Below are positions 9,970-18,838 of a stretch of 64,000 bases of DNA, piece by piece. Position 1 is the stretch's first letter. Each line of letters opens with the position of its first letter. The translations under genes were made by a program, and so were the position numbers. The notes under the pieces are model-generated. The model did not search any database and was not told where the DNA came from. It saw only the letters and a list, made by a program, of their open reading frames with translations. Location: the IMG/VR virus record IMGVR_UViG_3300028888_000044, positions 323,539 through 387,538 of that record; one strand, 5' to 3'. This stretch comes from a virus (lineage: Duplodnaviria; Heunggongvirae; Uroviricota; Caudoviricetes).

Positions 9970-10317
9970 TCAATCGAAAGGGAAATAATATTTACTTGAA
10001 ATAATATTCCATTTATCAGATAATTCCCCCCAAAATTGTCCACCTTCATTAGTACATCCCCATAGGAAGAAAGCACCAAGCCAAGAAGAAGGGTCGTTTT
10101 TATATAACAGCTTATGTTTCATATCAGCTAATGAATGGCATCTTGTTTTACCATTCATATATTTTTTTTCTAACATTAGATGTAAATAAGAATCATAAGC
10201 ATTATTATCCTTAAGTAGTCTAAAAAAGTCAGATAGACATTGTGTTTTTGAATCCATTTCAATATTTAATAACATTTCTATAGTTAATGGGTTATATACG
10301 TGTGTCATAATAATCAT
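9970..10317 (-). CDS. paralog family A protein
   Basis: N-terminal F.RxLKDNNAYDSY and C-terminal TNEGGQFW motifs shared by 7 genes. Confidence 0.55.
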   Translation of the reverse strand: MIIMTHVYNPLTIEMLLNIEMDSKTQCLSDFFRLLKDNNAYDSYLHLMLEKKYMNGKTRCHSLADMKHKLLYKNDPSSWLGAFFLWGCTNEGGQFWGELSDKWNIISSKYYFPFD

Positions 10318-10338
10318 AAAAATAAGAAGTGGTATTTT

Positions 10339-10659
10339 CTATCCTATGTTTTTATACAAATCATCGCCTAATAATTTTTTCCATTTGTAATGTAAATTAC
10401 TCCAATATAAGCTTCTTTCTTCAGTTTCACTCCAAACGAAAGCTTCCATTATCCAATTATATGGACTTAATCGATTAAAGAATTGTCTTATTAAAGTAGA
10501 ATTCACATCGTTTGTTTCTTTTATTTTTTTTAATATTTTATACAAAGGATGTGATTTACATATAATTGTATGAGACATATTGAACGTATACTTATCATAT
10601 GCATTCTCATCCTTCAAGAATCTACAGAATTTTGGTATTATATCACTGTTTGCTTCCAT
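10339..10659 (-). CDS. paralog family A protein
   Basis: FCRFLKDENAYDKY ... SETEERSLYW. Confidence 0.55.
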   Translation of the reverse strand: MEANSDIIPKFCRFLKDENAYDKYTFNMSHTIICKSHPLYKILKKIKETNDVNSTLIRQFFNRLSPYNWIMEAFVWSETEERSLYWSNLHYKWKKLLGDDLYKNIG

Positions 10660-10668
10660 ATGTTATAT

Positions 10669-10686
10669 ATATATTTAGGTACTTAA
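10669..10686. repeat. palindrome GGTACTTAATTAAGTACC (copy 2)
   Basis: Exact match, 10 nt upstream of ATG 10659. Confidence 0.9.
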
Positions 10687-10705
10687 TTAAGTACCCTATT
10701 TTTTA

Positions 10706-11023
10706 TTATACTCCAGCCATAAATTCAAAATTGAATTCATTACCTTTATCAATTGACTGAAGAAGCTTTTTCCATTCTATATTAATATCCTTCCAAAAGT
10801 AATGACCTTCTTTTGTATCTCGCCAAATAAAAGCATAGAATAATAGTCTTTCTAGCCTAATTGTCTTGTTGATGTACTTATCATAATCCATTTCGTGTCT
10901 CATTGGACTACCATTACAATATGTGCCATAATAACAATTGTAAACAAATTTATCAAAAGCGTTATGTTGTTTTAACAATCTTTCGAATTTACCAAGAATT
11001 TCTTTACGTCTTTCGCTAGTCAT
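10706..11023 (-). CDS. paralog family A protein
   Basis: FERLLKQHNAFDKF ... RDTKEGHYFW. Confidence 0.55.
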   Translation of the reverse strand: MTSERRKEILGKFERLLKQHNAFDKFVYNCYYGTYCNGSPMRHEMDYDKYINKTIRLERLLFYAFIWRDTKEGHYFWKDINIEWKKLLQSIDKGNEFNFEFMAGV

Positions 11024-11024
11024 A

Positions 11025-11333
11025 TCAGTTAGTTATTTCTTTATATAAAACTTTCCATTTATAATCAAGTCTTGACCAAAAAGAAAAACCTTCTTTTGTT
11101 TCAGACCACGCAAATGCATCATGAATCAAAAAAGGTAACAAATTATTTTGTTTCATTCGAATAATGTATAAATCAAAGTTTTTTTCTTTTCTTGCTGGAT
11201 TACTTGTGCAAAGAACTCCATTATAACAGTAATTTACAAATATGTCAAAAACTCTCTTTTCCTTTAAAAACCTTTCAAATTTTTTAAGGATATATTTATG
11301 TTTGCTTATTACTCTTGCATATTCTTGATTCAT
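11025..11333 (-). CDS. paralog family A protein
   Basis: FERFLKEKRVFDIF ... SETKEGFSFW. Confidence 0.55.
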   Translation of the reverse strand: MNQEYARVISKHKYILKKFERFLKEKRVFDIFVNYCYNGVLCTSNPARKEKNFDLYIIRMKQNNLLPFLIHDAFAWSETKEGFSFWSRLDYKWKVLYKEITN

Positions 11334-11352
11334 ATCTTTGTTGATGGATATA

Positions 11353-11370
11353 GGTACTTAATTAAGTACC
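11353..11370. repeat. palindrome GGTACTTAATTAAGTACC (copy 3)
   Basis: Exact match, 20 nt upstream of ATG 11333. Confidence 0.9.
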
Positions 11371-11538
11371 CTTATATTATTTTTAATATTTTTTTTGAAA
11401 ATACAATAAACCAACATAAATATATAAAAAAAAATTGATAATGTCAATTATCAAATATTAAAAAATATTAAAAAAAAAAGATGAAGGTCGTTTAAACCTC
11501 CATCTTTAACTTATAACCTGATATATAATATCTTTTTG

Positions 11539-11787
11539 TTATTTGAACTTGCTTTTAAGATATTCCAACCAACGTTTGTTTACATCAGCCCAGAAATCTT
11601 TGCCTTGAACTGTTTTCTTGAGGAATAAGGGGTAGATACAGAACTTCTTTGGGTCTTGAATCATCAATTGGAATTTTGCCTTATCATAGGTCTTCCACTG
11701 TGCAAGCATTTCATGCTTAAAAACTGGGTATATCTTTGTACGATATAACCAGTTAATAAAGAGCTTTACGTATTCGAACTGTGACAT
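11539..11787 (-). CDS. hypothetical protein
   Basis: ORF 82 aa. Confidence 0.45.
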   Translation of the reverse strand: MSQFEYVKLFINWLYRTKIYPVFKHEMLAQWKTYDKAKFQLMIQDPKKFCIYPLFLKKTVQGKDFWADVNKRWLEYLKSKFK

Positions 11788-11791
11788 AAAC

Positions 11792-12037
11792 TTAATAACC
11801 GATTACAATACGAGCGTTAATGATTTCACAAACTGGCATATAGTACTTGCCTTTCACATCAACCAAATCCTTCTGTTTAATTTTGGCTTTGTCGAAAGGG
11901 AATACATTAGCCAAGACTTTCAACTGATTGTTGATTTTGGACTGAATGTAGTTTGGGCGATAATCTGATGGGTTGACAATGATAGCTTCTGGTACGAGCT
12001 GCTTAACGATTGAAATTACATCTAATTTTTTTGCCAT
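11792..12037 (-). CDS. hypothetical protein
   Basis: ORF 81 aa, MAKK start typical of this genome. Confidence 0.45.
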   Translation of the reverse strand: MAKKLDVISIVKQLVPEAIIVNPSDYRPNYIQSKINNQLKVLANVFPFDKAKIKQKDLVDVKGKYYMPVCEIINARIVIGY

Positions 12038-12216
12038 AATAGTAAAACAAGTATTAAAAGTTGATATTTCTCATTTTTCGTAATGCAAAATTAATACATT
12101 TTTCTGTAAAAAGCAAGTTTTACAAATTAATTAACCATTTCTTAACTGAATATATAAAAAATGTTAACACAATAAAAAAAGTTGGTAAAAAATTTGGAGA
12201 TGTCATAAAAAAGCAT

Positions 12217-12240
12217 TAACTTTGCAGCGAGGGAAATAGA
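12217..12240 (+). promoter_or_regulatory. conserved box TTAACTTTGCAGCGAGGGAAATAG (copy a)
   Basis: TAacTTTG -7 motif fused to the reiterated GCAGCGAGGGAAA box. Confidence 0.5.
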
Positions 12241-12382
12241 TGGTCTTGCTTGGATACACAGTTTTATTTGGATGAATTTATGGTGTTATAACCCAATCAA
12301 AATAATAGGAATCATTTTGATTTCCCATATATTTTATATATAATAGACATAGTTATTAACACTTTAATTATTTCTATTATAT

Positions 12383-12547
12383 TATGCTATTCGAAGTAAC
12401 TGAAAATATTGTAGCTACAACTACAGTCACTGTAGAAGCTGCAAATGAAGATGAAGCTTATGCAAAAGCTGACGAAATTGTTGCAAATATGGATATTTCA
12501 CAGTTTATGTTGGGTGCTAAATTGGAGGGAAATTTGCAGAGAATTTG
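12383..12547 (+). CDS. hypothetical small acidic protein
   Basis: 54-aa ORF followed by strong bidirectional hairpin terminator 12595..12632. Confidence 0.35.
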
Positions 12548-12594
12548 ATTAATAGATTTTGTTTATCATAATTCAAAATTTTATTTCGTTATTT

Positions 12595-12632
12595 TGGAGA
12601 GGTGTGTTTCACAACACATCTCTTTTTTTTTG
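12595..12632. terminator. bidirectional hairpin terminator
   Basis: gagaggtgtgtttcacaacacatctc + T-run. Confidence 0.55.
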
Positions 12633-12650
12633 TCATCAGATGACGCTGCA

Positions 12651-12672
12651 ATTCCCTCGCTGCAAAGATACG
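12651..12672 (-). promoter_or_regulatory. conserved box (copy g, minus orientation)
   Basis: revcomp reads TATCTTTGCAGCGAGGGAAT, followed on that strand by GTCATCTGATGAC hairpin and an A-run, as in copies d and e. Confidence 0.5.
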
Positions 12673-12779
12673 ACTTTTTTTTGAAAGTACCAAATATTTC
12701 TGGTACTTTAACATTTATTTAACACAATAAAAAAAGAGCACCACCTTTTGGGTGATGCCCTTTGCAGAATGTTCACGTG

Positions 12780-13094
12780 TTAGCTGAACGTGGTGAATGG
12801 AACGAAGTCCGTGCCGTTATCGTACTTAATCGTGCAGTACTTCTCGCTGAAATGGAGACGTACACCGAAGCGCTGAAGAAGAGCGTTCACGCGGCTGCGT
12901 GTGGTCTGTGAGAAGCGGCAAGGATGATTCTCCATATCGGTAATGGTCACATAATCGCGTGTCGCGTTGGCGATGTGGACACCGTGGAGGTAAACCTTGG
13001 ATACACCGTTGCGTGTGATAACTTGCGTATTGCTCTTGAAGAAGTTACGGCCATTCATAATGGCTTTGTTCATTTCTTTTTCAATCTGTCTCAT
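12780..13094 (-). CDS. hypothetical protein (GC-richer island)
   Basis: ORF 104 aa; local GC clearly above window average. Confidence 0.45.
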   Translation of the reverse strand: MRQIEKEMNKAIMNGRNFFKSNTQVITRNGVSKVYLHGVHIANATRDYVTITDMENHPCRFSQTTRSRVNALLQRFGVRLHFSEKYCTIKYDNGTDFVPFTTFS

Positions 13095-13112
13095 AATAGT
13101 TGTTTGTTAAAG

Positions 13113-13283
13113 ATTAATAATCGTTACCCTCACCGTCAGTTACACCGCATACATTGTAGCATTCCATTGCATCGGTCATACCGATAAGAAGATTTTTTGT
13201 CTCGGATACTGCGTCTTCAAGTGACACGTCAGAACCGAAGTCCACGCGAACTGTGGCATAAAGTACAATTGGCTTTCCCATAT
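13113..13283 (-). CDS. hypothetical small protein
   Basis: 56-aa ORF MGKPIVLYAT... not in track (<60 aa), packed between neighbours. Confidence 0.3.
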
Positions 13284-13477
13284 TATTCCTCTAAAAGATT
13301 GGTGATTTCTTCGTCAATACTTGCCAAAAGATTGGCTGCGTCAAGAAGTCTGTCCAAAATGTCGGTATTGACCTCTCTACACTGTGCTTTGCGCTTCAAA
13401 GCAATAATTCGAAAGCGAAGGTCGATAGCTTCCTCTCTCGTCTTAATCAAGCCATCCAATTCAAGTTTTTCGTCCAT
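13283..13477 (-). CDS. hypothetical protein
   Basis: ORF 64 aa; minus -7 box CAAAgaTA at 13508..13515, 31 nt upstream. Confidence 0.45.
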   Translation of the reverse strand: MDEKLELDGLIKTREEAIDLRFRIIALKRKAQCREVNTDILDRLLDAANLLASIDEEITNLLEE

Positions 13478-13628
13478 AATAGTTACTGTTTTATTGTTTT
13501 TGATGGTGCAAAGATAGGGTATTTTGAGCTAATATGCAAGAAAATATTAATCTTTAACAAAACTTTAACTGATGTGTTAAATTAATGTTAAATAACCAGA
13601 AAAAGTTGCAAATACCAAATAAAAGTCG

Positions 13629-13636
13629 TATATTTG
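13629..13636 (+). promoter_or_regulatory. -7 box TAtaTTTG
   Basis: 42 nt upstream of ATG 13678; TGTTAAATTAATGTTAAAT direct repeat at 13575..13593 upstream. Confidence 0.5.
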
Positions 13637-13677
13637 CACCATCAAAATTAAACAATACATTAAAAAATATAAGAACT

Positions 13678-13992
13678 ATGACAGTAGCAGAACCCAATTT
13701 TCACAAGTTATCTGACGAATACGAAAAGCTTATCCGCAAATTTTTCAAGGTAAACAACATCAAGGAAGTTGTTTGCACCGACAAGAAAGAGCACTTCTTT
13801 GACCGTATTGAAGTAAAGAAAAACGGTACAATTACTGTGTATGCACACGGTTTGACCAAGACAACGTGGAAGAAGTTGTATTTTGATTTTACAGTTGATT
13901 ATGCTGTATGTCTTGCCAATATGGAGCACGATTTGTTCTTGCAGCAACGCCAAGGCAAACACGAGAAGTTTAACTTTTATTTTTACAATTGA
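13678..13992 (+). CDS. hypothetical protein
   Basis: ORF starting MTVAEPNF (track ORF 13585 start overlaps the promoter). Confidence 0.5.
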   Translation: MTVAEPNFHKLSDEYEKLIRKFFKVNNIKEVVCTDKKEHFFDRIEVKKNGTITVYAHGLTKTTWKKLYFDFTVDYAVCLANMEHDLFLQQRQGKHEKFNFYFYN

Positions 13993-14522
13993 TTATGAGT
14001 AAGAAGTTTTATGTCATCTTTGGTGACGGTGAATGTGAACGCGCAATAACCCCTCTTTGCGACACTGAAGACGAGGCTGTGGCAAAAGCCTATAGAGCCT
14101 CAACGAAGGTGCTCATTGCAAACAAGAAGGAGTTTTGCAAGAAGCTTCGCGAAGAAGGATTCGCCACTGATGCTCACGACAATGAGTACTATTTGTTTGG
14201 CGCTGACGTTCATTTCATCCCAAACGTATACTACGTTTCTGAAGTGGATAAGGACAACGTTCAAGAGTCCATAGCAGCTCAATTCCCAATTCAGATTGCA
14301 TCCAATAGAGAGACGAAGTTTGTTGTTTGCAGTTATGACAAGGACCATAACATCAACATCAAGTCTTTGCTTTTCGACACAGTGCAAGAATGCTTGGCAG
14401 ACTTCGTGCATTCACACTATATGGTGGTCATTCCATCACTCATTGAGGATATGGTTGGAGAGTGGCGCACAGTCTTTAACAACAAAGTGTACTTCATTGT
14501 TCAGCTCAATATCTACGCCTAA
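13989..14522 (+). CDS. hypothetical protein
   Basis: ORF 177 aa, 4-nt overlap with previous gene. Confidence 0.5.
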   Translation: MIMSKKFYVIFGDGECERAITPLCDTEDEAVAKAYRASTKVLIANKKEFCKKLREEGFATDAHDNEYYLFGADVHFIPNVYYVSEVDKDNVQESIAAQFPIQIASNRETKFVVCSYDKDHNINIKSLLFDTVQECLADFVHSHYMVVIPSLIEDMVGEWRTVFNNKVYFIVQLNIYA

Positions 14523-14754
14523 TAAGAAGTTACACATTGTAGTCCCTAAAGCTTTGGTGAAGCTTGATAATCTGCAAGTCCGTATGGCTTCAGATTATCC
14601 CTACGACAACAAACCTACCTATGACGAAGCTCGCCAAGAGATTATCAAAATCCTTGAAATGTTTGAAGATGTTAGCTACAATTAGCTAACATTTTTTTTA
14701 TGTGTTAAATAAATGTTAAACCGTCAAAAATATTTGGCGGTTTCAATAAAAAGC

Positions 14755-14780
14755 CTTATCTTTGCAGCGAGGGAAATATG
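14755..14780 (+). promoter_or_regulatory. conserved box TTATCTTTGCAGCGAGGGAAATATGC (copy b)
   Basis: Reiterated box followed by hairpin ccatcctatc..gataggatgg. Confidence 0.5.
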
Positions 14781-14840
14781 CATATATAAAAAAAAACCAT
14801 CCTATCGTGTTGATAGGATGGAAAACTATGAAAAAAGAAA

Positions 14841-15404
14841 CTACTTTTGTATAAGGAACCTCGGAATGTTGCAACCAACGAAGTTACCCAATACAATTAA
14901 AGGATAATACTTAAAAGCATATAGCTGAATCAGATAATGTTCGGCAGAGAACATATAATAAGCATCAGCAATACTGTGATACATTCCACTCAAGATGAAT
15001 GCAGCTACACCGAAAACTACTAACAGTTTGTTGCCTTGCCTACCACTATTGACGATTAACGTCATAATCAGACCACAACCAATACCCTTAAGGAAGTTAT
15101 CAAATTGACCATCAACTATTCGGTCATCAATGATATTGCTTGCCATATCGTGCTCTCCTATAACAAAAGCAACCAATGCACAACCACCGATATTCAAGAG
15201 CAGTATGCCAAGTAGCTGTAGCCATTCCTTTGGCTGTTTATAATTGAAGAATCCAGCTTGCCCAGTGTATAAAGGAAGTTTATATTCAATCACAGCAAGC
15301 AATCCAAAGGAGAAAAGTACGCTACCATACACTTGCCCAACGTTCAGATATACCGCTCCACCAAGGGCAATAAGAACACCCGATAGGATAGAAGACTTAA
15401 TCAT
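14841..15404 (-). CDS. integral membrane protein (about 6 predicted TM helices)
   Basis: Highly hydrophobic 187-aa ORF; could be a small-substrate transporter component, family not identifiable by eye. Confidence 0.5.
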   Translation of the reverse strand: MIKSSILSGVLIALGGAVYLNVGQVYGSVLFSFGLLAVIEYKLPLYTGQAGFFNYKQPKEWLQLLGILLLNIGGCALVAFVIGEHDMASNIIDDRIVDGQFDNFLKGIGCGLIMTLIVNSGRQGNKLLVVFGVAAFILSGMYHSIADAYYMFSAEHYLIQLYAFKYYPLIVLGNFVGCNIPRFLIQK

Positions 15405-15742
15405 ATCTTTTCAAGTTTAACGTATGAGTGTACGATATTAGGTACTGTGATTTCGTCTTCGTCATTCAAGCCATTGAACTCACGAATAGACTGTGCCATT
15501 GTGTCACAGTTGCTAACAAAATCAAGTGTTGGGTATTTAATCACAAACTCACTTCCCTTATAGTTAGGGCAATAGCCAAAGCCATCATATAGCTGAAAAG
15601 TCATTGTATGAGGCTTGTTGTCATTGAAGATATTGTTTGAAGCCTCGTCATTGAACTGAAACGTCTGAATGCAAATTAGTTTGCCATACAGTTTCTCTAA
15701 AATTTCTTTTGAAATAGGATTTTTTACTTTAGTCATATACAA
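15401..15742 (-). CDS. hypothetical protein
   Basis: ORF 113 aa, 4-nt overlap with downstream gene. Confidence 0.5.
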   Translation of the reverse strand: MYMTKVKNPISKEILEKLYGKLICIQTFQFNDEASNNIFNDNKPHTMTFQLYDGFGYCPNYKGSEFVIKYPTLDFVSNCDTMAQSIREFNGLNDEDEITVPNIVHSYVKLEKI

Positions 15743-15816
15743 TATAAAATTAAAATTTCATATCGTAATTATATATTCAAAATATGAATTACGGTATGAA
15801 ATTTTATTAAATAATG

Positions 15817-16245
15817 TTAATTCTTCTTCTGCTTGTCTTTCTTGGAAGCTTTAACCAATGTAGTACCATCACACGTAACACTAATGTGAAACTTCGAAAT
15901 ACCATTGATTTCAGCAGCCTTCATCTTGAACCATTTGCCGTGGTCTACTGGTAGATGCCTATCTGGGCAACTTGGGTCTGGTGTTTGGTTTGTCCACAGA
16001 TGAATCATCTCGTGGATAAGGACTTCCAAGGCAGTTTGCTCTTCCAATTGATAATAATCAGTCATCCTAATAACATCAATGCTGAACTCATTTCCGTGAG
16101 GGGACAAGTCAATGCATTGTTGAAATTCTCCCAAATGAGTCTTCTTGTGTTCAATCTCAAAAACTGGTTCTTTTAATTTATTCTCAAAGAATCTCTTGTT
16201 GAAGATAGGGAAGTACTTCTTCATAAACTCAATAGTTGGAATCAT
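15817..16245 (-). CDS. SprT-like zinc metalloprotease
   Basis: HEMIH (HExxH) with downstream C..D.H..DH residues. Confidence 0.5.
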   Translation of the reverse strand: MIPTIEFMKKYFPIFNKRFFENKLKEPVFEIEHKKTHLGEFQQCIDLSPHGNEFSIDVIRMTDYYQLEEQTALEVLIHEMIHLWTNQTPDPSCPDRHLPVDHGKWFKMKAAEINGISKFHISVTCDGTTLVKASKKDKQKKN

Positions 16246-16260
16246 ATTACTGTGTGGTTT

Positions 16261-18132
16261 TTATATTAAACTTGTGTCCTTATGCTGTTGATACATTGAC
16301 TTCTGACTTGGTACGACCTTGAAAGCACCTACCATAGTGTGATACACGAGAAGTCTCATATTGCCGCCAATGCACGTGCCACTGTTCTTGTCAATCTCGG
16401 CATCCAAAACGAGAGAGACGCACGAGAGTCCGAAGTCATCAGTTGTGAGATAGTCACGATTCTTCTCAAGTTGGAATTGCTTGAGCTTGTCAGCTCTGAA
16501 GCCAAACACGAGACTGTCACTTGTGAAACTGTCAAAACGCTTTACTTGGGAAGACACTGCATAATTGTTCTTACCTTGCATGTGCGCCTCATTGAAGTAG
16601 TCATAGCTACAGTCAATGTTTTTATCCTTAAGCATCTTATCAAAGATAATCTTTGCATTCTCTGAACACGACTTGCGTCCCTTGCAACGACTGAAGAAGA
16701 ACTCTACCTCTTCCTTGGTCAAGTCTATAGCGAAGTTACCACAAGGTGCTGAAGCAAGAACCGATGTCGCATCCAATTCGTTTGCACTGCAAACCCATTC
16801 CTTCTCTGTCTTGTCAGTTGGAACATTCTCCCTATCAGCAAAGTTTTGCTCATACTGACTGTACTGTGTGGCGTGGAACTTGTTGACGAAGAACATCGTA
16901 TTCAGTCTTTTGTGCTCAGACCTATATCCACACATACGACCAAGCAAGGCTTGTGCAGTTGCAGCAGCAGACAAGCTGTAGTCATACACTAAGTATGTAT
17001 AGTCCTTGAAGTTGCCGTGAATAGTTACACCAGCTCTGAACGCACCCTTGATTAATACGAGAAGTGGCTTGATAGGTATCTTTTGTTCCAAGAGAATCGG
17101 AAGTGTCACACCTTCGAACTTCTTGTTGAACTCAATGGCATCTATTTGTTCCTTGAGCCTATCAGAAAGCTTGTCATAGTTGAGCTTGCTTGTTGAGGCA
17201 TCCATTTGATAGACATCAAAATTATACTTCACGAAGTTACGCTCTACCAATTCCTCATTTTTGCGTGTACGCACGAAGAAGATACCGTCAATGCCATCAG
17301 ACTTGCAACGAGTCAAGCCCTCACGAAGGGCAAGCAGAATGTCTCCAACGTCCTCACAGTGTGACTTTGCATCGTGGACGAGTCCTTCATTGATGTACTC
17401 GCTGACTCCAACGTAACCACTGTTTGTTGGAAGCTCGATAATCTCCTTGCACTCATTGACATCAGATATTACCTCGCTGAAAGGCGTGGCAGATACTGAA
17501 ACAATATAAATGTTACGCGAAATAAGCTCGTTTGGATTTCTCCAATTGATGCCTTGCTTCTCCAAGAACTGTGTGAGCTTATTCTTCTTGCCGCTACCGT
17601 AATGACATTCGTCAATGAAAAGAATGGAATTGTCAATAGAGCCATCAAAGCCCATCAAGTCACTGTTCTTTAGAAGGAAGTACTTCTTCGGTGTCTTGTA
17701 CTTGAGGGAGCGCTTGCCATTGTAGGTGTTCTCTACAGTTGCATCGCTGACTTGCTTGATGACACGCTCGAACGTTTGCTCCTTGAGACCACAGTCGTTC
17801 ATTCCACAAAGGAAGAAGAACTTGTTTACCATCATAGGTTTATCCAAGTGCAATGCATTGACGATATTGACAACAGCATTAACCGCTCCAGTTTTTCCAC
17901 TTTGCATCTTTGCAATGAGAATAACGTGGTTGCGTCTTGTCTCTGCTCTATTGAAAGCCAAAAGAATGTTCTTTGCGCATTCAATTTGGGTGTCGTGGAT
18001 ATAACCATCGCACCCAATAGAGCCACTTCTGAATAAATTGTTATTAGATGATGTAATAAGATTTGTAATTACTTCTGTTTGAGTAAGAGTTTCTGTCATA
18101 GTTATTTGAATATTTTTGCAAAAATACGCCAA
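16261..18132 (-). CDS. SF2 DEAD/DEAH-box helicase-like protein
   Basis: Walker A AKMQSGKTG, DExH box FIDECH, motif III SVSATP, motif VI-like QALLGRMCGYR. Confidence 0.6.
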   Translation of the reverse strand: MAYFCKNIQITMTETLTQTEVITNLITSSNNNLFRSGSIGCDGYIHDTQIECAKNILLAFNRAETRRNHVILIAKMQSGKTGAVNAVVNIVNALHLDKPMMVNKFFFLCGMNDCGLKEQTFERVIKQVSDATVENTYNGKRSLKYKTPKKYFLLKNSDLMGFDGSIDNSILFIDECHYGSGKKNKLTQFLEKQGINWRNPNELISRNIYIVSVSATPFSEVISDVNECKEIIELPTNSGYVGVSEYINEGLVHDAKSHCEDVGDILLALREGLTRCKSDGIDGIFFVRTRKNEELVERNFVKYNFDVYQMDASTSKLNYDKLSDRLKEQIDAIEFNKKFEGVTLPILLEQKIPIKPLLVLIKGAFRAGVTIHGNFKDYTYLVYDYSLSAAATAQALLGRMCGYRSEHKRLNTMFFVNKFHATQYSQYEQNFADRENVPTDKTEKEWVCSANELDATSVLASAPCGNFAIDLTKEEVEFFFSRCKGRKSCSENAKIIFDKMLKDKNIDCSYDYFNEAHMQGKNNYAVSSQVKRFDSFTSDSLVFGFRADKLKQFQLEKNRDYLTTDDFGLSCVSLVLDAEIDKNSGTCIGGNMRLLVYHTMVGAFKVVPSQKSMYQQHKDTSLI

Positions 18133-18174
18133 AAATCTGTAAAAAGCAAAAATTCAAATACATTTAACTTGAAT

Positions 18175-18417
18175 TTAACATATTTCATAAAATTTCTTAA
18201 TACTGTCCATTATACTGAATAACTCCAAATTTGACAATGCTGTCAGCTTATAGACATAACCAAGAGGGAATTGAACCTTGCCAATTCCATCCTCGATAAA
18301 GACATTAATATCAGTTGTCCCGTAATTAACATAAACGTTTGGAATTGAAAGACGATATTGTTCCTCTTCCTTTCCATATCTTCGCATCAGCTTATGTATT
18401 CCCAATAATAGATTCAT
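18175..18417 (-). CDS. hypothetical protein
   Basis: ORF 80 aa; palindrome copy 4 lies 26 nt upstream. Confidence 0.45.
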   Translation of the reverse strand: MNLLLGIHKLMRRYGKEEEQYRLSIPNVYVNYGTTDINVFIEDGIGKVQFPLGYVYKLTALSNLELFSIMDSIKKFYEIC

Positions 18418-18442
18418 ATTATATAGTATTATATGTATATAA

Positions 18443-18460
18443 GGTACTTAATTAAGTACC
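18443..18460. repeat. palindrome GGTACTTAATTAAGTACC (copy 4)
   Basis: Exact match. Confidence 0.9.
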
Positions 18461-18562
18461 CTAATCATAATGAGCAAAAGCACCAGCTTTCACAAGCTAA
18501 TGCTTTTTATTACCCCATAAAAAAAAAAGGAGATGATATTATGGAGGTATGAAAAAAAGTGT

Positions 18563-18651
18563 TGGTAGAGATGGATTTGAACCACCGAAGCCTCATAAGA
18601 GGCGGCTGTGCCACTAAACACAGCCCCATTTGACCGCTTTGGTATCTACCG
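18563..18651 (-). tRNA. type-II tRNA-like gene, atypical anticodon loop (tRNA-like 1)
   Basis: revcomp cggtaga-ta-cca-aagcggtcaaa-tgg...gcctcttatgaggc(long variable arm)-ggtgg-ttcaaat-ccatc-tctacca-a. It has U8, a 3-bp D stem, GG in the D loop and a 5-bp T arm with TTCAAAT loop. The 1:72 pair is C:A. The anticodon region ctgtg-tttagtgg-cacag gives an 8-nt loop containing TAG. Confidence 0.5.
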
Positions 18652-18653
18652 AA

Positions 18654-18745
18654 TGGTTGATAGAGAGGGATTCGAACCCCCGAAGCCTCCGAAGAGGCGG
18701 TTGAGCTACTAACACAACCCCATTTGACCGCTTTGGTATCTATCG
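18654..18745 (-). tRNA. type-II tRNA-like gene with encoded CCA (tRNA-like 2)
   Basis: About 80% identical to tRNA-like 1; cgataga...ggggg-ttcgaat-ccctc-tctatca-a-cca. The anticodon stem has a T:T mismatch and a loop ttagtag. Confidence 0.5.
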
Positions 18746-18838
18746 GGTAATTAAACCATCATTGTGTCTTAATTACAATACGATTATATACACAAAAGCA
18801 GTCAAACAGAAATGTTTTTTGTTAATAAATGTTAAGAT

